Assembly: GCA_977017575.1 (NCBI GenBank) | Contig: CDRNVI010000185.1 | Coordinates: forward strand, 123,557 to 187,556 | From: Paramoeba atlantica | Lineage: Eukaryota > Protista > Discosea | Direction of reading: 5' to 3' | Length of the DNA stretch: 64,000 nucleotides | Part shown: positions 11,671 through 21,949 of the stretch, piece after piece | How the letters are laid out: each line of letters begins with the position of its first letter | Position numbering within the stretch: the stretch's first letter is position 1 | The notes under the pieces: model-generated | What the model was told of the DNA's origin: nothing | Databases searched by the model: none | The model's input: the letters and a program-made list of their open reading frames with translations, nothing else | Made by a program: the position numbers and the translations under genes

Positions 11671-14052
11671 ATGCGGAAGACAATATCTCGAGAGAATACT
11701 CCTATGCGCCGCACTCGTATTCCTGTCCTCTCTCATCTTGCGATATGCTTTGCCGTCTTTTCGATTCATTCGATCGGAGGTTCATCCTGCGAAAAGATTT
11801 CTAAGTACGAACTATCACCCGTTTCGTGGGTTCCTCCTTGGGCCGTTACAACCAGCGATCCGATTCGACGTAGACCGAAATTTCCTTCTGACAACCTTGA
11901 GGACGACAAGAGCTTTCAAACCCGGAGCGTGTCTTCCTCAGGCGCCTCAGGATACTCCAAAGCACGTAGCCCTCCTGCGGGACGCGAAAGCGCACAATCT
12001 GCTTCGTCCATACGAGCCGGGGCTCGACGAGCCGCTGCGGCTGAACGATCCCTTACCAATTCCCCTACTGAATCGGCTCTTGCGAAAGCCAAAGCGCTGC
12101 GACAAGAAATTCACAGCAGTCCCTCACGACAAACATCCCTAAATTCCAATCCAAGCCCAAAGACTGTGACAGCAAATCCGATTTCCAGCGCCCCCCTTGA
12201 GGGAAAAGGAAGTGGAACCAATTCACCAAATGATCCCCGTTCTCGCGCTTCGGGATCTTCCGCAAATGTACACGTTTCGCCTACCTTATTGGCGCAAGCC
12301 ACCCAAGCACCTCGAATGAATGCCCGCAGTCTTGGCTCGACCCCTACTCCATTGGCATTACCCCAAGACAGTCCTCACCCCTCTGGCCTCCCCTCGAGTC
12401 TAGCTACACAATTAGTGCAGCTACTCCGGCGGGACGTTAGTGGGTTAAACGCGTTTTTACGAACCTTTACGGTTGAACATTACGAAAAGGAAAACAGCGA
12501 GCCCAATCTGTCAGCGCCACCCCCGAAAAAAACAAAGCCTTTGCATCCCGAGGTCTCACGAAGTTATATTCACCCCCTAGCGTCATGGGAGGATCCGGTG
12601 CTGCGATGGGTACGGGAGGCGTTGGATTTAGAGGAGATGGGGGTGCAGAACGCAGCGGAAAAAGCACACTTGATTAACCCGACAGGCTCCGCTGGCGCGA
12701 CACTGTCCTCCCCTAATGATCCACGAATGGTATTGTTACACAGCGGGCAAAATGCGTTTGGCCGGCCGAGTGCGGCACATTCGGCACCCCATCCGATGCA
12801 TGGGGCTTCGTCGTTTCCCTCTTTTGGACAGTTTTCTCCCAAGAACAATACGCTCTCCTTTGCCTCTATGCCACAAGAACCATTGCCCCCGACTCATCGG
12901 CTGGAGATTCCGATTTTCGCTCCCAATCACGCCAAACGAGAAGAGACGCCTGTGGGACGATGGCTGGTTCGTGCGCAAATCCGGGCGCGAACGAGTCTCC
13001 CCCCAAGCACTCCCCATAAGAATCCGAATTCCATCAAATCCGGGCGCTCGCGAAGTGTCGAACGACGAGCGCATCCCCCAAAAGGAGAACGCCAACATGG
13101 GAGTTTCTCCTCATCGCGAACTACGCCTACAGGAAGTCGGCGACATCCTTCCGAGAGTGGAAGGCCTTCAAAAACCACAGGATCGACCAGTTTCTATGGA
13201 CCTTCGGGGGCAGGAAGTAGCCCCGTCCCGGGCAAAGAGGAGTACATTCTCACCCATGCCCAGCTCATTCCACAGGAACAGATTGCCTCATTGTACTCCC
13301 TCACCGTTGCGCGCATCAACCCCAACGAAGCCGCGCTAACGTCCCGTTTCGCCACACGTCGCGGGTGGACACTTCAGCGTTCGCCGTTGAATACACCAAG
13401 TGAGGATATTACCCATCACTGGGAGAAGGGGGAGGAAGCCGGGATGCCACAACATCACGCCCATAGCGGTACTGCGCAGCACACCACCGACAACGGCCAT
13501 TCCCCCACGACCTACCGTCGACGAAGCTCCAGCGAGTACGCCATGGGAAAAAACCCCTCCGACGCCCCTACCGGTCTAGTCGTGCTCTGGGTGCATCTCT
13601 CCTATGCCCTCGACCTCAGCGGGTCCTACCGACGTGCCATCTATGAACAACAACAGCGACGACGAGGCCATCAACCCCCCACCACCGGAACCACAAAAGA
13701 GATGATGAATGCCAGCGCCACCCTCTCCGCCCCCGGTACCCCCCCATGGCCTGCCTACCTCTCCCAACCTCATCCCCAATACGACCCCCCGCCCTCGGAA
13801 ACTCCCTCCCCCATCTGTACCCTCACGACCATGTCCGCCTTCCAAGCGGACGGGCCGGGTTCGATTCCCGGGTGGCGCATTTTTTTTTTTTCAAAATCCC
13901 TTCAAGGTCACCTGGCTCACAGCCACCCCTTCTCCTTTGCAAGAGCTCTTGATATCTGGTATCAGTTCCCTTTCGGTTTTTCTTGCTTCAAATGGAGATT
14001 CAAAAATTGTATCCAGATCATTTTTTTGGAAAAAGCTTGGAAAAACTCATAA
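11671..14052 (+). CDS. hypothetical Ser/Pro-rich protein (793 aa); the 3' end probably reads through the junction
   Basis: Long open frame with a hydrophobic N-terminal stretch. The last about 75 codons run through the tRNA-Gly fragment, its T-run and AT-rich DNA. Confidence 0.6.
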   Translation: MRKTISRENTPMRRTRIPVLSHLAICFAVFSIHSIGGSSCEKISKYELSPVSWVPPWAVTTSDPIRRRPKFPSDNLEDDKSFQTRSVSSSGASGYSKARSPPAGRESAQSASSIRAGARRAAAAERSLTNSPTESALAKAKALRQEIHSSPSRQTSLNSNPSPKTVTANPISSAPLEGKGSGTNSPNDPRSRASGSSANVHVSPTLLAQATQAPRMNARSLGSTPTPLALPQDSPHPSGLPSSLATQLVQLLRRDVSGLNAFLRTFTVEHYEKENSEPNLSAPPPKKTKPLHPEVSRSYIHPLASWEDPVLRWVREALDLEEMGVQNAAEKAHLINPTGSAGATLSSPNDPRMVLLHSGQNAFGRPSAAHSAPHPMHGASSFPSFGQFSPKNNTLSFASMPQEPLPPTHRLEIPIFAPNHAKREETPVGRWLVRAQIRARTSLPPSTPHKNPNSIKSGRSRSVERRAHPPKGERQHGSFSSSRTTPTGSRRHPSESGRPSKTTGSTSFYGPSGAGSSPVPGKEEYILTHAQLIPQEQIASLYSLTVARINPNEAALTSRFATRRGWTLQRSPLNTPSEDITHHWEKGEEAGMPQHHAHSGTAQHTTDNGHSPTTYRRRSSSEYAMGKNPSDAPTGLVVLWVHLSYALDLSGSYRRAIYEQQQRRRGHQPPTTGTTKEMMNASATLSAPGTPPWPAYLSQPHPQYDPPPSETPSPICTLTTMSAFQADGPGSIPGWRIFFFSKSLQGHLAHSHPFSFARALDIWYQFPFGFSCFKWRFKNCIQIIFLEKAWKNS
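13830..13879 (+). pseudogene. 5'-truncated tRNA-Gly(TCC)
   Basis: Anticodon arm TCCGC-CTTCCAA-GCGGA, T arm CCGGG-TTCGATT-CCCGG, 3' acceptor strand GTGGCGC-A and a T-run. No D arm or 5' acceptor strand upstream. Confidence 0.8.
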
Positions 14053-14652
14053 AAATTTGTAACACCCTTTTTAATCAGTGTCTCTTTTTTATTGATATTT
14101 TTTTGGGAGAAAAACACAGCCATTCCAGATACCACCCCAAATCAGGGTATATTCTTTTTTCTTTTTTTTTTTTCCCTTTTTTTTTTTTCCCCTTTTTTTT
14201 TTTTTCCCCTTTTTTTCTTTTTCCTTTCCTTTTTCCTTTCCTTTTTCCTTTCCTTTTCCCTTTCCCTTTCCCTTTCCCTTTCCCTTTCCCTTTCCCTTCC
14301 CTTTCCCTTTCCCTTCCCTTTCCCTTTTCTTTCCTTTCTTTTTCTCTAATCTTTCTTTTCTTCTTTCTTTTTCCCCCTCTCTTATTTCTTTTTTTTTTCC
14401 TTCTTCTTTGTTGCAATTCTTTTTTTTCTTTCTATCAGTCTTTTGAGATTCTCAATTGATAAAGTTTTGTCCAATCACAACCAGTATTTGTCAATTATTC
14501 AAGACAAGTTGTATTCTCTTGCTGTGCCTTGATCTTCTCTTTCAAATTGGATTTGATTTGTTTTTGTTTTTTATGTTTTCTTAATTTTTTAAAGTTGATA
14601 AAGTTTTTTTTGATTTTTTTTGATTTATCTTTTCTTTCAGCTCTTCTTTCAA

Positions 14653-14691
14653 TTGTGAACTGATCAAGTCCCAGTGGCCACTAAAAAAAAA
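14653..14691 (+). repeat. A-tailed motif copy (ttgtgaactgatcaagtcccagtggccact-A9)
   Basis: Similar to 53911-53972 and 56829-56883. Confidence 0.75.
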
Positions 14692-14710
14692 TCTTTTTTT
14701 TTAAACAAGT

Positions 14711-14773
14711 GGTTCTATAGCTGGCAGAGCACCACCCTAGTAAGGTGGAGAATCTGAAAGTCAAACTTGCTCC
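14711..14773 (+). pseudogene. degenerate tRNA-Thr(AGT)
   Basis: GGTTCTATAGCT..GGCAGAGCA-CCACC-CTAGTAA-GGTGG-AG aligns to tRNA-Thr(CGT) at 56903. The T arm is destroyed. Confidence 0.65.
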
Positions 14774-15261
14774 TCTTTATACTTGCAATTTGGAAAAGGG
14801 ACTTTGAAGTGCTCTGGTGGGAGAACACAAAAACTTTTGGTTGGGGAATCAAACAATATGAAGATGACACTGCTGTTGATAGGAAGGGGCCAACTTTTTT
14901 GTCAAACTTCCAAAGTTCCAAACTTTTCTGTTGTAGAGCATTGGATGGGTTGGTTGTGCTCAGGGATGACATTTTGTAATGGTTTCCCCTTGCTAAGTCA
15001 GTATCTTGTTGCTGGATCTTGAAAAATTACAGCTCCATTCCTCTACTAAAGATTAGGGCTCAAAAGGTGGTTTACAGTCCTGTCATCATCAGGCAAAACC
15101 ACTTCAGGAATTGTTCAAGCAATTTGAGAATGTTGAAGAGCATTTTATTTCAAGAGCCTGTGTTTAAAAGCACATAGGTTATCATAGAAACCAGTGATGA
15201 TATGATGGCTTTTCTGAGTTTGATGACTTCACAAAAAAACAGAGTTTGAACACGGACATTG

Positions 15262-15334
15262 GCTTCCGTGGCTCAGTCGGTAGAGCGTCAGTCTCATAAT
15301 CTGAAGGTCGTGAGTTCGATCCTCACCGGGAGCA
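15262..15334 (+). tRNA. tRNA-Met(CAT), elongator type
   Basis: Full cloverleaf GCTTCCG/CGGGAGC, anticodon arm TCAGT-CTCATAA-TCTGA, GTTCGATCC, downstream T-run. Confidence 0.95.
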
Positions 15335-16376
15335 CTTTTTTTTTTGTCTTTTGATTTTTTTTTTGAATCAGGGTGGAGTTTATTGACTTGTTTTCGATTT
15401 TTGACATTGAGAAAAGTTATGAAATTCATCAGGTTCAGTGAAAAGTACAAGTCAATGAAAACACAGCAACACAATCTTCATCCATTTTCTTTTTTCAATT
15501 TTTACAGGTTTGAAATCATGTAATGGTGGAACTCAGAGCAGAGAAGATATGATCTCACCCAGATACCCCATCTTCAACAAAAACAATTGGCAGCCCAGGA
15601 TGCAACACTCAAGGAACACATCAGACTACAATTGAAGGTTTAAAGACTCAAATTTCAAAAACTGATGAGCCAAAGCAGAATATCACTCTGTTTGACAACA
15701 AGACAAGGGAGCTCTACAAACCAGTTTCTTGGCTGATTCATGATGATGTGACACCAGCAGGAATGATCAAAGAACTTGATGAATAACAGGTGGAAATTTG
15801 TGTGAGGTTGCTTTCATGCATGAGGATATTCAAGAGCAGTTGAAAACCTGGCAAAAATCCCTGGGGAAAAAATGGTGCCCAAAATCCCAACAGACATCTG
15901 GCAGTACATACAGAAGGATGGTGAACTGAAGGCTGGGAGCAGTTGCGACTGAGGAGCATCTTCAGGCAATGTCCAACAACATCCTACATATCATGAGAGC
16001 CATCCCAGGTGCCAAGGAAGATAAGACTCAATCCGACCAATTGCTTAAAACATTGATTGCGCTCATAACAATGTATTCCTTGAGGATGTGTGTGTTGTAA
16101 TTACAAAATGTTGCTCACCAGAAACTCAACCTTTCACCTTTGGATTTTAAATCTCCACCAACTGTTGTCAGGAGAGAGGAGATAGCAAGAGCTCAATTGA
16201 GGAAGAAGTCTACAAGAGGAGTCAGAGAAGAGGATTGTGTGAAAGTGATGGGGCAGTCTGTTGCAACCACTTTGAAGCAAAGCCACCATTCAAGAAAAGA
16301 AGAAGGTTTGCGCACCAAACTGCTACCACCTTTGTTGATTGTGGAAATTCCAAAGGGAGACAGTCCCCTTTTTTTA

Positions 16377-17441
16377 GGGGTCTAAAATAAATGACTTGTA
16401 CTCTCTGAAGTGGAGAGTCAGAAAAGTCACTTTTTTGGTGATTGACTTGGGCAATCAAAAATAACTGGAGAGGGACAATAAGAATTAACTAATTTTTTAT
16501 GACAAGCCAGAGCAAAGTTGATCAAACAATTATGTTGGTCTTTATCTTCATAGAAGGGGCAAGAGAGAGCAGCAAAAGTCTGTTTACACCAACCATACGG
16601 TGACTCAACTTTTCCTCTTACAAATGCAATTGCTTCATTTTTCTCTTGATCCTCAGCACTCAATGAATGGGGAACTCTCTTTCCACGGATTATTCGAGGC
16701 CTTCCAGCGTTTGACTTGTTTGTGACCAACACCAACTTATCGAAAAATTTTGTTGCTGCTCGAAAGTGGTTGTCTGCAATGATGTGTGGTCCCAGAAAAG
16801 AGGTCATCAAGTCGATTCGCATAAAAAATAGTGATATCTCCATCATAATCTTTTGGTGAATGGATCCCACTAACCCATTCAGCCCCACCTTTTGCATTGT
16901 GAAGTGTCACCCACCACCAACCAGGAGCTTTAAGTTTGTGTGAGTACCATTTTGCCCTCCACTTCTTGCGAACTGTCTGTTGGGCCCTTTAATTTTAAAA
17001 TCAGATGAATCCATCCATAAACAGTCAAATTGGCATGGTGGTGGTCATTCAGTTCTTTGGGCCATTTCCACAAATGAAAGAAAGGGTGCTTGGGACCAAG
17101 ATTGTTTTTGCCCACTTTAGCAACTCGAAGCGAACAACTTGAACTGTTGTGTTGGATTGCTTTTTGGCCCATTGGGAGCCAATCGTGCACCTTTTTTCGG
17201 AGTTTGCCCATCCCAACCGCAAATAGATCCTTGTACATTACAAGATGATACACAGACACAGCAAAACCAGAAGGTCTCTGTTCACTCCAAAGCTTTGGTT
17301 TTTGAGATTCCAAAAAATTTAGAATCTCCTTCAAAGTCTCTTCTCCCAGCTTCTCTTTCACAGCAAATATGATATCTTTCTTTCTCAACCCTTCAACCCC
17401 CACCATTGGTGAAAGAGTACAACTCATTTTATTTAGCTCTC
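16377..17441 (-). mobile_element. compact IS5/ISL2EU-Harbinger-type DNA transposon (DDE_Tnp_4-like transposase, frameshifted)
   Basis: Reconstructed motifs LWMDSSDFKIKGP, WYSHKLK, IIADNHF, LSAEDQEKNEAIAFVRGKVESPYGWCKQTF. Imperfect TIRs ggggtctaaaataaatgacttgtactct / gagagctaaataaaatgagttgtactct with TTA and TAA flanks. Confidence 0.75.
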
Positions 17442-20330
17442 TAAATTAGGGGACTATCTCCCAAAGAAAATTGTCAATTATTTCATTACAGTGAATAGAG
17501 CATCTATTCTGTGGTCTCTCAAATAATCCTCAAAGAGTGTGTGGCTGTGTACAACAAAATTCCTCAATCTGGTTTTTTGACATCCTTGCACAGGACAATT
17601 TGGAGAGCAATAAAGGTGCAGGGTGTTTTGGAAACCCTGACCCCCCCCCCAAACAGTCTGTGTCTGGTTGGTGTTTTACATTGTGTCAATCCCAAACTTG
17701 TTTCCTTTGAATTTTGGTATCAGAAAAGAGGTCTCATATATCCATGGAAAAGGAAAGGAGGAAGCTCCAAGCTTTGAAGAACTTCAGAGTGATTACCAAC
17801 ACTTTGAGTGGAGAGTTATTGAGTCAAATGTGAAGGAACTTGGAGATGATCTGAAGCTCCATATTACCTTGCTGGATTCAATTAGTTGGGAGATGGTGAC
17901 TGAGGCACTGTGGACCCCCTCTTTATCCTAGATGGTTTTCGACAAGCACTTGGGGCAACTTGAAGAGGAGGAAGACGTTTTGGATGCCATGAGGTATTCG
18001 AAATTTGATACAAAGCGAAATTTTTGGATTTGGGGAAATGTGGTGGGAATTGGTCCCTTGTGATTTCCAACTTCCTTCTGGAATCCTGTTTTACCAATAA
18101 TGTGACTTGTCCACAAAGCGCCAAGAATCCCCAATCAAGTTTACCAAGCCTGTGTGAGAAGGTTAAGGCTTTGAACTGATACAGGCTCTCAATACAATGT
18201 TCAATGTGGCTGAAGTGCTCAATAACTCTGAAGAAGACAAGGAGAAACACAACAAGCCTTTGAATTTGAGTGTGTTCTTTGTGCCACTCTGTGGGGTCAC
18301 AAATAAAATTTTTATTCTTATTTCTCTCAACAAAACAATTTGATTTTAAACAACAAAAAAAGAGGAGTGGGGGGGGCAGGAACATCACCCACTCACTTGC
18401 TCTTTAAAATAATAAATTGATTTTTATTGAATCTAACAATTACTTTTTGAAAAGGCAACAATCCTTTTTTTTTTCCCCTGCCTCTCTCTCTCTTTTCTTT
18501 CTTGTCTCCACTTCAAATATGATTTTTTGGGGGGTCACCAAAATACATTCAAAAAGAGAAAAAAATTAAAAACAGCAATTTGAAAAGTTTGAAATGACAA
18601 AAAAAGAAAGAAAACCTCAGAACAATCTTTGGAAGGTTGAGACAAAAATCCAAAAAGACAAAAAAAAAGGAAAGGAAAGAAAGAAAAACAAAAGAAACAA
18701 AAGAAACAAAAGAAACAAAAGAAACAAAAGAAACAAAAGAAACAAAAGAAACAAACCATGAAAAGTCAAAAAAAAAACCAAAGGAAAAAGAGGAGATCCT
18801 CAACAACCCAAACACAAACTTTTACCAAACAAAGTCTCTCTTTCTTTCTCTCTCTCTTCTCTCTTCTCTTCCTCCTTTTCACAAAACAAAACAAAAAAGC
18901 GTTGAGCCGCTGATTTAGATCCCTTAATTTTTCGGGAAAGAGAAAGGGCGAAAAGATGCTCTTTGTCAGCTTGATAATTGGTTGTTTTTTTTTTTCGTTT
19001 TTTCTTCCTCTTCTTCTCTCCTCTTCACCCTCTTCAGTTTTCTTCTTCCGACCTCTTCAGTTCCCCCTCCCTCTCTTTTTTTCCTCTTTCATTCTCTTTT
19101 CCACTCAATGTGACCTCCATTGAGGGAGCTTCCAAACTGACTTGAACAACTGCCTTTTTCTGTGGGGTGGGTGATGGGGGGAGAGGGAGTAAAAGGGGGG
19201 AATGCAAAGGGAGAGGGGAGAGGGGGGGGGGTTAAAAGGGATGGTGATAGAATCAACCACAAATATCATGATGATAATTTTTTGAGGAGGGGTGGGGGGG
19301 GGGGATGTTTCATGGGAGGGAGAGGGGAGAGGGGCATTCTGGCTGATCAAGAAAAGAGGTTTTTTTCTCCTTCTCTTCTCTTTTTCCTTTTTCTCCCTTT
19401 TTTTGTTTTTTTGAGTTTTCCTTTTTTTTCTTTTCTTGGGTTTTCTTTTTTTCTTTTTTCTCCATCTGTTTTTTTTCTCCTTTTTTCTTTTCTTTCTTTT
19501 GTCTTTCCCTTTTTTTTTCTTGTTTTTTTTTTCTTTTTTTTCTCACTGCTGTTTTCCCTTTGTCTTTTCCCTCTCTTGAGGGTAATTCTTTTTTTGGTTC
19601 CTCTCTTTTCTTTCCTTTTTGTTCGTGAGATTGGAAGATTTCATCTGGGAGGACAATGTTTTTGTGTTTTTTTCATTTGGATTTTTCATCCTCTCTGGAT
19701 GTGAATCTGAAAATTTGAACCCAGAGAATATGAAACAAAATAACAAATACCCACAATCACAATGGAAAACAAAAAATGGAAGAGCAAGAAGGGGGGGAAG
19801 GAGAAGAAAAAAAGAGAAGAAAAAAAAGAAAAAAAAGGTCTTCAGCACTCAGGATTCGAATGTGATCACCCACCATTCTCCTAACCAAGCCCACAGCAGT
19901 TCTGATGGGATCAGGTGCTTTCAATTGGGTATGACTGAAGACACTTTCTCTTCTTTTTTTTCTCCTTTTTATCAATCCAATTATCCAAAATCAACAAAAA
20001 AAGAAAAGAGAAGAGAGAAGAGAAAGAGTTCAACTCTCTTTTCTCAGAATAAAAAACTTGTTTTAATCTGAAATAAAAGGAGCAGGACTGAAAGGAAAAA
20101 CATAAAATGGAAAACGAAAAACAGAAAACAAAAAAACAAATCAAGGAAAGAGAGAGAGTAATGGTCTTGAAGAAGAAAGAAGTAAAAAAGGAAAAGAAAA
20201 GGATGTGAAAGAAAAAACAGAAAGAAAGAGATACAACCACCAAAAGAAAAGAGAAAAATAACTGAGAAAAAGAGAAAAAGAGAGAAGGAGAAAAAACCAC
20301 AACCCACAAAAAAAAAAACTGAAACAGGAA

Positions 20331-21212
20331 ATGATGGACCTCTATTTTGGGTCCGGATGGTTTTTTTTTTGTTGGCTCACGAAAGAGGGAGGGGAAGAGG
20401 AGAGGGAGGAGAGGGAGGAAGCGAAAAGGTTCCAGAGAGAGAGAGTGTGTGTGTTCAGTTGTGAAGAAAAAACAATATTGGCCCAAAGGAATTCCAGGGG
20501 AAGAGATTGTTGCACACCTCAAGGAGAAGGAACCTGGTTATGTGTGAAAGTGAAGAAAGGATCTCTGAGAGGTTATAAATTCTATGTGGAGGCTTTCCAA
20601 GATGTTCATCACTCTTCTATAATGATTAATACCTGGGGAACTTCTTTTCCCACTGGTTGCCCACGAAATCGCAAGCTTGAAGGCCAAAGACTCTCCCTGT
20701 GATATACTCAGCCTCTTGACTTTTACTATCAAACCAGGCATTGTGTGGATGATCACAACCAACTGAGGCAAGGTTCTCTCTCCTTGGAGAGTTCCTGGAA
20801 GACCAAAAAATGGGTCCACAGGCAGTTTGCTTTCATTCTTGTAGTTGTGGAAGTCAATGCCTTCCTCATATTTCAGCACTTTTTCCCTCAAGCCAAAGAG
20901 CTCTCCTTTGCAGAATTTCGTTTTGAGGTTGCCCAAGGTCTACTCTCTCAGAATCATCCCTTGGATGAAGGCTATAACCTGCGAATACCACTCCCAACTC
21001 ATGTAGAACATCATCTGATGATCAAGCCCAACTTTGCTGGAGTTTGGTGAAATGGTAATTGGACTGAAGCCAGACAAGAGTACCAGAAGAGTAGATGCAA
21101 TGGGACAAATTGTACAAAGAAAGTTCGAACCTATTGCTCCTGTGATCAAACACTCATTTTTTGTTCAGGTTGCTTTGCTGACCATATGAGCAGGCACATG
21201 ACTGAGGACTAA
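20331..21212 (+). mobile_element. piggyBac-like transposase relic (3' half)
   Basis: VKKKQYWPKGIPGEEI, YYQTRHCVDDHNQLRQGSLSLESSWKTKKWVHRQFAFILVVVEVNAF and a C-terminal Cys cluster RCNGTNCTKKVRTYCSC...FCSGCFADH. Contains stops and frameshifts. Confidence 0.8.
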
Positions 21213-21949
21213 TTAGTCCTTTTGAAAAATGATGTTTTTTTTTTTTGGTGACTCAATTTTTTTTTTCAAAAAACAATATTTGGACAAATATTTCTTGATA
21301 TTCTTGTTTAAAAGATCTTTATTAAAAAGTTTATCAAAAAAAATCTCCCCTCCACCCACCAGTGGCTTCAAAAAAAGAGTCAAAAATAGGAGCCTAATTA
21401 GTCTTTTGGCCTGGAAGGAACCCGATTTTCTGGAGAGTTTAACAATTTTATTTGTTTTTTTTCTGGTTTTTCTGGTTTTTTCTTTTTTTCTGGTTTTTCC
21501 TTTTCTTTTGGAAGATGGTGAAACATTTCTCCCAGAGTCTCACAGTTTTTGTGCTGTGTGGTTCACATATCTCAGATCAATCTTTTTCTTTGGTACAAAA
21601 AGGGTGGAGATGCTGCTGTTGGTGAAGTCTCCTCTTTGTCCTGTTCCTTTGCATACTTCTTGAGTACTTTCTCTGGCCTTCTTTTCCATTGTTTATCCCT
21701 CTTGATTATCCTTGGTTTTGGTCTCTTCCCTTTTTGGAGTAGAGTTTCTCAAGCCAACTCCAAAACCCCCCCCCTTATTTATTTTGATCTCAATCTTCCA
21801 TCTTCTTTTCTTTCTGATTGCAATCTGAACCAATTGGGCCAATTCAACATTCAAATAGGTTCTTGGCTGCTTCCTCTTAACTGCCCAAAAGGTGGCTTGA
21901 CAAAAGGTCTCAATATCTAGACCCCCCCTTGCATCCCCTGAGGATCTCA

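Noticed and set aside
19840-19865. Minus-strand B-box-like TTCGAATCC followed by a T-run
   Set aside because: No cloverleaf or A box could be built.
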